From Thermoprotei archaeon (GTDB lineage Archaea > Thermoproteota > Thermoprotei > Thermoproteales > B15-G16): a stretch of DNA of 64,000 nt. Below, piece by piece: positions 60,143-64,000 of this stretch. Positions within the stretch are counted from its first letter, which is position 1, and each line of letters begins with the position of its first letter. Location of the stretch: positions 32,001 through 96,000 of the forward strand of contig QMRC01000002.1 in assembly GCA_003649205.1 (NCBI GenBank). Direction: 5' to 3'. Under the pieces are notes generated by a model that saw nothing but the letters and a program-made list of their open reading frames with translations, searched no databases and was not told the DNA's origin. The translations under genes and the position numbers were made by a program.

Positions 60143-60475
60143 TCATACATCAACAGCTGTGATTTCCTTGGTTTCTGAATCTCTATACAGGTGAATTAGT
60201 GGGTGTATTGGTTCTCCTAACTCGTATTTTGTTGGTTCTCTGAACCTGATGTGCAGAATTGAGTACTCAGGTACCAACGATATCTCGGCTACCTTCTCAG
60301 GTAGTGTGATATCGCAAATTCTCTCTATGTACCTGAGTAGCGACTTGATATCTACCTTAAGTAGGGGATCTACCGCCATTTCTTCTTTCTCAATCTCCTG
60401 TAGGTTTCCAACCCTATTACGTGTGCTGTCTTGACGGTACTTTGCTAAGTAACTACACTCAACCTTGCCGTGCAT
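60143..60475 (-). CDS. small hypothetical protein (true start probably near 60379)
   Basis: ORF track; LHIRF...EITAV resembles DUF2283-like antitoxins. Confidence 0.4.
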   Translation of the reverse strand: MHGKVECSYLAKYRQDSTRNRVGNLQEIEKEEMAVDPLLKVDIKSLLRYIERICDITLPEKVAEISLVPEYSILHIRFREPTKYELGEPIHPLIHLYRDSETKEITAVDV

Positions 60476-60602
60476 AGTACTTTCCTATTCCTAGTTCTAT
60501 GTTTTCCTGCTAGTGTTTTATAGTATGGAGTTTCCCCTGTATTAGTGGTTGCTCTAGTTTATTCTCCTGGTTGTGGTGTCTTTGTTTATTTGCTTATTGG
60601 TC

Positions 60603-60980
60603 ACTTACCTAAGGTTCTTGGGTTGCTTGTGAGTTGCTTTAGGAGGATAGCTTATTGGCTTTAGGGTTATGTAATGGGTATTAGCTTCTTAGCTTCTTCA
60701 CTTGATACTATGTGGATCTCTAGGGGTATCCCCATGGAAGTCCATACTTGTCAACGGCGTTCCATAGGATGTCGGCTTTTAACTTTGTTTTCTCTTGATC
60801 TGTTAGCTCTCTATTCACGATTATGAGTATGTCTATGTCGCTTAGTACTGTTAATCTATCTTCTGCTGCCCCTCCAAATTGTATGCTTTTGCCTCTGGTA
60901 GTATTTCCTTTATTGATTTTGCTAGGAGTTGTATGTAGCATCTCCACTCCTTTAAGCACTCTATCTTCCACTTAACCCAT
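60603..60980 (-). pseudogene. frameshifted MNT, paralogue of 61505-61852
   Basis: GGAAEDRLTVLSDIDIL and DKYGLP shared with the intact copy; frameshifts at both ends. Confidence 0.7.
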
Positions 60981-61098
60981 CCAAACTTCTACAGGAGAAG
61001 ACCAAGTACTGACTCAACTAAGATAGCTTGAGAAGACAATAAACAATTAAAGATAGTGAGCAATCACTACACTAGAGAACTAAGGTGGTACCACTACA

Positions 61099-61518
61099 TT
61101 GAGCGGAGAAAGAGTCAACATAATCAAGGATAGAGCCTACGCATTCCTAAACCTAGCTAAAGAATTAATCGATAAAAGACCTGACATAGCATCCTTCAAC
61201 ATCCACCAAGCATGCCAACTCAGAATCAAAGCAACACTACTTAGATTCACAGGTGAAATACCTAGAATCCACAGCATTAGAGAACTCCTAGGAATACTCG
61301 CAAAGAAGCTAGAAGACCTCAACTACAGAGAAGACGCCCTAAAAATCATCAACTTCATAAGAAAACAGAGAGAAGCACTCATTGACATAGAAGCAGCATA
61401 CACCGAGTCAAGATACGGAATAGGAATCACCACTAGAAGCATGATAGAGGAAATGCTGAAAACAGCCGAAGAACTATTTAAGCTCCTAGACGAAGTCGAA
61501 AAACATGTACTGGGCTAA
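61099..61518 (+). CDS. HEPN domain protein
   Basis: HQACQLRIKA, PRIHS, YTESRY. Confidence 0.88.
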   Translation: MSGERVNIIKDRAYAFLNLAKELIDKRPDIASFNIHQACQLRIKATLLRFTGEIPRIHSIRELLGILAKKLEDLNYREDALKIINFIRKQREALIDIEAAYTESRYGIGITTRSMIEEMLKTAEELFKLLDEVEKHVLG

Positions 61519-61852
61519 ATACCACCTACAACACCTCAAAAAATGGAGAGAAGCAGCTGAAGCTATAGCAAAAGCAGTAAAAGACCTACACATCAAAGCA
61601 GAAGTATACGTCATTGGAGGGGCAGCAGAAGATAGATTAACAGTACTAAGCGACATAGACATACTCCTATGCCTAGAAGAGAAACCAAAAATCGAAGACG
61701 TATGGATATTGAGGAGGAAAGTACTAGAGATAGCTATGGACAAGTACGGACTACCCATAGACTACCCCATAGAACTCCACATACAGGACAAGAAAACCTG
61801 TAACCAAACACTACAACACAGAAAAGCCATAAAGATCAACACATCAACCTAA
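61505..61852 (+). CDS. MNT
   Basis: YVIGGAAEDRLTVLSDIDIL, PIELH. Confidence 0.85.
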   Translation: MYWAKYHLQHLKKWREAAEAIAKAVKDLHIKAEVYVIGGAAEDRLTVLSDIDILLCLEEKPKIEDVWILRRKVLEIAMDKYGLPIDYPIELHIQDKKTCNQTLQHRKAIKINTST

Positions 61853-62408
61853 CACACATACAAAAACACCAAGAGAACACAAAGTAACTAGGTGAAACCA
61901 ACATGAATGAAGAGAGCAACAACTCCAACACAATAACCGTAAAACTCCCCAGCATCCTCGCGAAGAAACTCAGAGATGTAAAAGAAGCAAAAGCAACGAA
62001 AAAGTACATAGAAGAAAGAATTCACGACATAGAAAAGCTAGTGGAACTAGCGACAAATTAAGACTCAGTAAAAAGGCTATAGTTTTTGAAACGATTGAGC
62101 AAGACTAGGTACTGGAGAAGGACAATCACACCCTAACTACCCAAAGAATAGATACCTATGGACGAGAGAAGTGATTAGATAAAGGTACACAAATAACCCT
62201 ATACCCGGAATATCAGGTGAGTCCCGTGAGTGGAGAGAAGGTGCCTAAGTTCAACATATGAAGTCTACTTTATCGAGAAGGAAGAAGCATAACCTATGAA
62301 GCACAACAATAGAACTAACAGGTCTCATACCAGAATACGAGTACAGGTAAACTTAGCACACCTCCCAAACCCACAAAGATTAAGAACTAGAACTTCAAGG
62401 ATATCGTC

Positions 62409-62918
62409 ATGAACGTTGAAATTACTATAAAATTACCTGAAGTAATTGCTAAACACATCAAGAATCTAGGTATCGACATAGAATCTAAGATCATCGACAT
62501 GATCATTCAAGAACTTAACCTGGATCCTGAAGAAGAAGTTAAAGCTCACGTAGAGCTTGCAGTAAAGTTCCTAGAAGATGGAAGAAAGCTCATCAATAGG
62601 GATCCAGCTCAAGCTAGTGAAAAGCTGTATAAAGCTGCTGAAGAGTGTGTAAAAGCATTAACAATACAATTCAAGCTAGAGAACATCATGAGGAAAATCA
62701 GAGAAAGAGGTAGGTGGACCGTTACAGAACTTGAGAAAGCTGCTGAGATCATAAGCGACAGGATTGGTTCATGGTTCTACGATGCTTGGGATCACGCATG
62801 GACCCTACACGTATGGGGATTCCACGAAGCAAAACTAGATAGCGAAGCCGTGAAGAGAAGACTACCATACATAGAAAAGATAGTGGAAGAAACAAAGAAG
62901 ATAATTAGAGGTCTTTAG
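62409..62918 (+). CDS. PaREP1-family protein
   Basis: QASEKLYKAAEECVKAL, AWTLHVWGFHE. Confidence 0.9.
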   Translation: MNVEITIKLPEVIAKHIKNLGIDIESKIIDMIIQELNLDPEEEVKAHVELAVKFLEDGRKLINRDPAQASEKLYKAAEECVKALTIQFKLENIMRKIRERGRWTVTELEKAAEIISDRIGSWFYDAWDHAWTLHVWGFHEAKLDSEAVKRRLPYIEKIVEETKKIIRGL

Positions 62919-63345
62919 GAGAGATCACGAAGCTTACTAAAGGCACAAAGCTGCAATGCCACTCATGAAAGAAATCCCCAACAAAGCAAGACACATCTAC
63001 ACAATACACCTCTTCGAAAGTTTTCCTAAAGGTATGGCATACCTGAAAGTGATGTAGATACCCCAGTAGTATACTCAATCGAGAACGAGAACCTACATAG
63101 CAACCCAGCAGATACCTCTAGTAAGGTATATAGAGAGCCAGGTGAAGCCATTGAGTACACAACAATGAGCATTAACCTGTGAATTAATACCCACAGGCAC
63201 ATCTACCGAATAAAGATAGAGCGCCATCAGCTACTATATGAACTCAATCCACAGGGAAAACACCAATAACCAATACAAACTACACTAACCACAAAGAAAG
63301 TTCTTAACGTCACAGCCCCCTACTAGAAGTAGGTAGTAGACCTGT

Positions 63346-64000
63346 ATGAGAATCTTAACTAGAGATCACGTAGTTCAGAAACTCCGTGAAGTACTCTCTA
63401 AGAGGAAAGAAGTTAAGCTAGCTTACCTCATAGGCTCCATCGCAGAGAGAGGATTTAGCTACCACGACGTAGATGTAGCAATCCTACTCGACTGCAACCC
63501 CAACGACAAACTCAAACTCCTAGGAGAAATACACAACGACATATGTAAAGCACTCTCCATAAGCGACGACCGTGTAGACATAATACCCATAGACGAAGTA
63601 GACTGGCACTTCAAATACAGAATCGTCAAAGGAATCAAACTAGTAGACAGAGATGACGCTAGCCTACAACTCATTAAAGAACTCAACAACATCTACCCAG
63701 AACTACGACTACTACTTAACCTCAACCTCAGAGAGTGGATGAGGATGAACGACCCAAGAAGCATAGACTGGACCATAGTTAAGAAACGCATGGACTACGC
63801 CTTCAAAGCCACAGAAATCCTCAACGAAATCCTAACCAAACCCCTCGAAGAAATAACATCATCAACAATACTCAAACTAGCATTCGAACGCCTAGTACAC
63901 ACAATAGTTGAATCAATTCTAGACACTGCACGACACATAGTATCAGTAAAAGGATGGGGGCCAGCTGAAACGTATCGAGACTACATCGAAATACTTCACA
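63346..64000 (+). CDS. MNT-HepT(DUF86) fusion, runs off the window
   Basis: Manual translation: AYLIGSIAERGFSYHDVDVAI...AFERLVHTIVESILDTARHIV..ETYRD; absent from the ORF track because there is no stop. Confidence 0.85.
   Translation, partial: MRILTRDHVVQKLREVLSKRKEVKLAYLIGSIAERGFSYHDVDVAILLDCNPNDKLKLLGEIHNDICKALSISDDRVDIIPIDEVDWHFKYRIVKGIKLVDRDDASLQLIKELNNIYPELRLLLNLNLREWMRMNDPRSIDWTIVKKRMDYAFKATEILNEILTKPLEEITSSTILKLAFERLVHTIVESILDTARHIVSVKGWGPAETYRDYIEILH

Noticed and set aside
61903-62060. Short ORF resembling PaREP1 termini
   Set aside because: Similarity too weak and short to call

Overview
Archaeal chromosomal segment, most likely a hyperthermophilic Thermoproteota (crenarchaeote). 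Evidence: RNase P proteins Rpp30/Pop5, tetraether-lipid radical SAM genes, ThiD-ThiN fusion, PaREP1, TATA/BRE promoters and many C/D box guide RNAs. About 1-26.9 kb is mostly housekeeping and metabolic genes, with tRNA-Gly(TCC), about ten C/D box sRNA candidates, one H/ACA-type sRNA, three unassigned GC-rich structured elements and a decayed tyrosine integrase. At 26.9-33.3 kb lies a tightly coupled four-gene operon: a wHTH protein, a 1245-aa AAA+-type ATPase with wHTH and coiled-coil regions, a small wHTH-tailed protein and a NurA-fold nuclease, with no HerA/Mre11/Rad50. This is the best candidate for an undescribed DNA-processing or defence system. The second-best candidate is a 110-nt rod-like hairpin (5365-5474) with a promoter-like element and a sarcin-ricin/loop-E motif. 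From 50 kb to the end is a dense, partly decaying HEPN-MNT/PaREP1 island. All calls come from motif recognition by eye; no database search was run.
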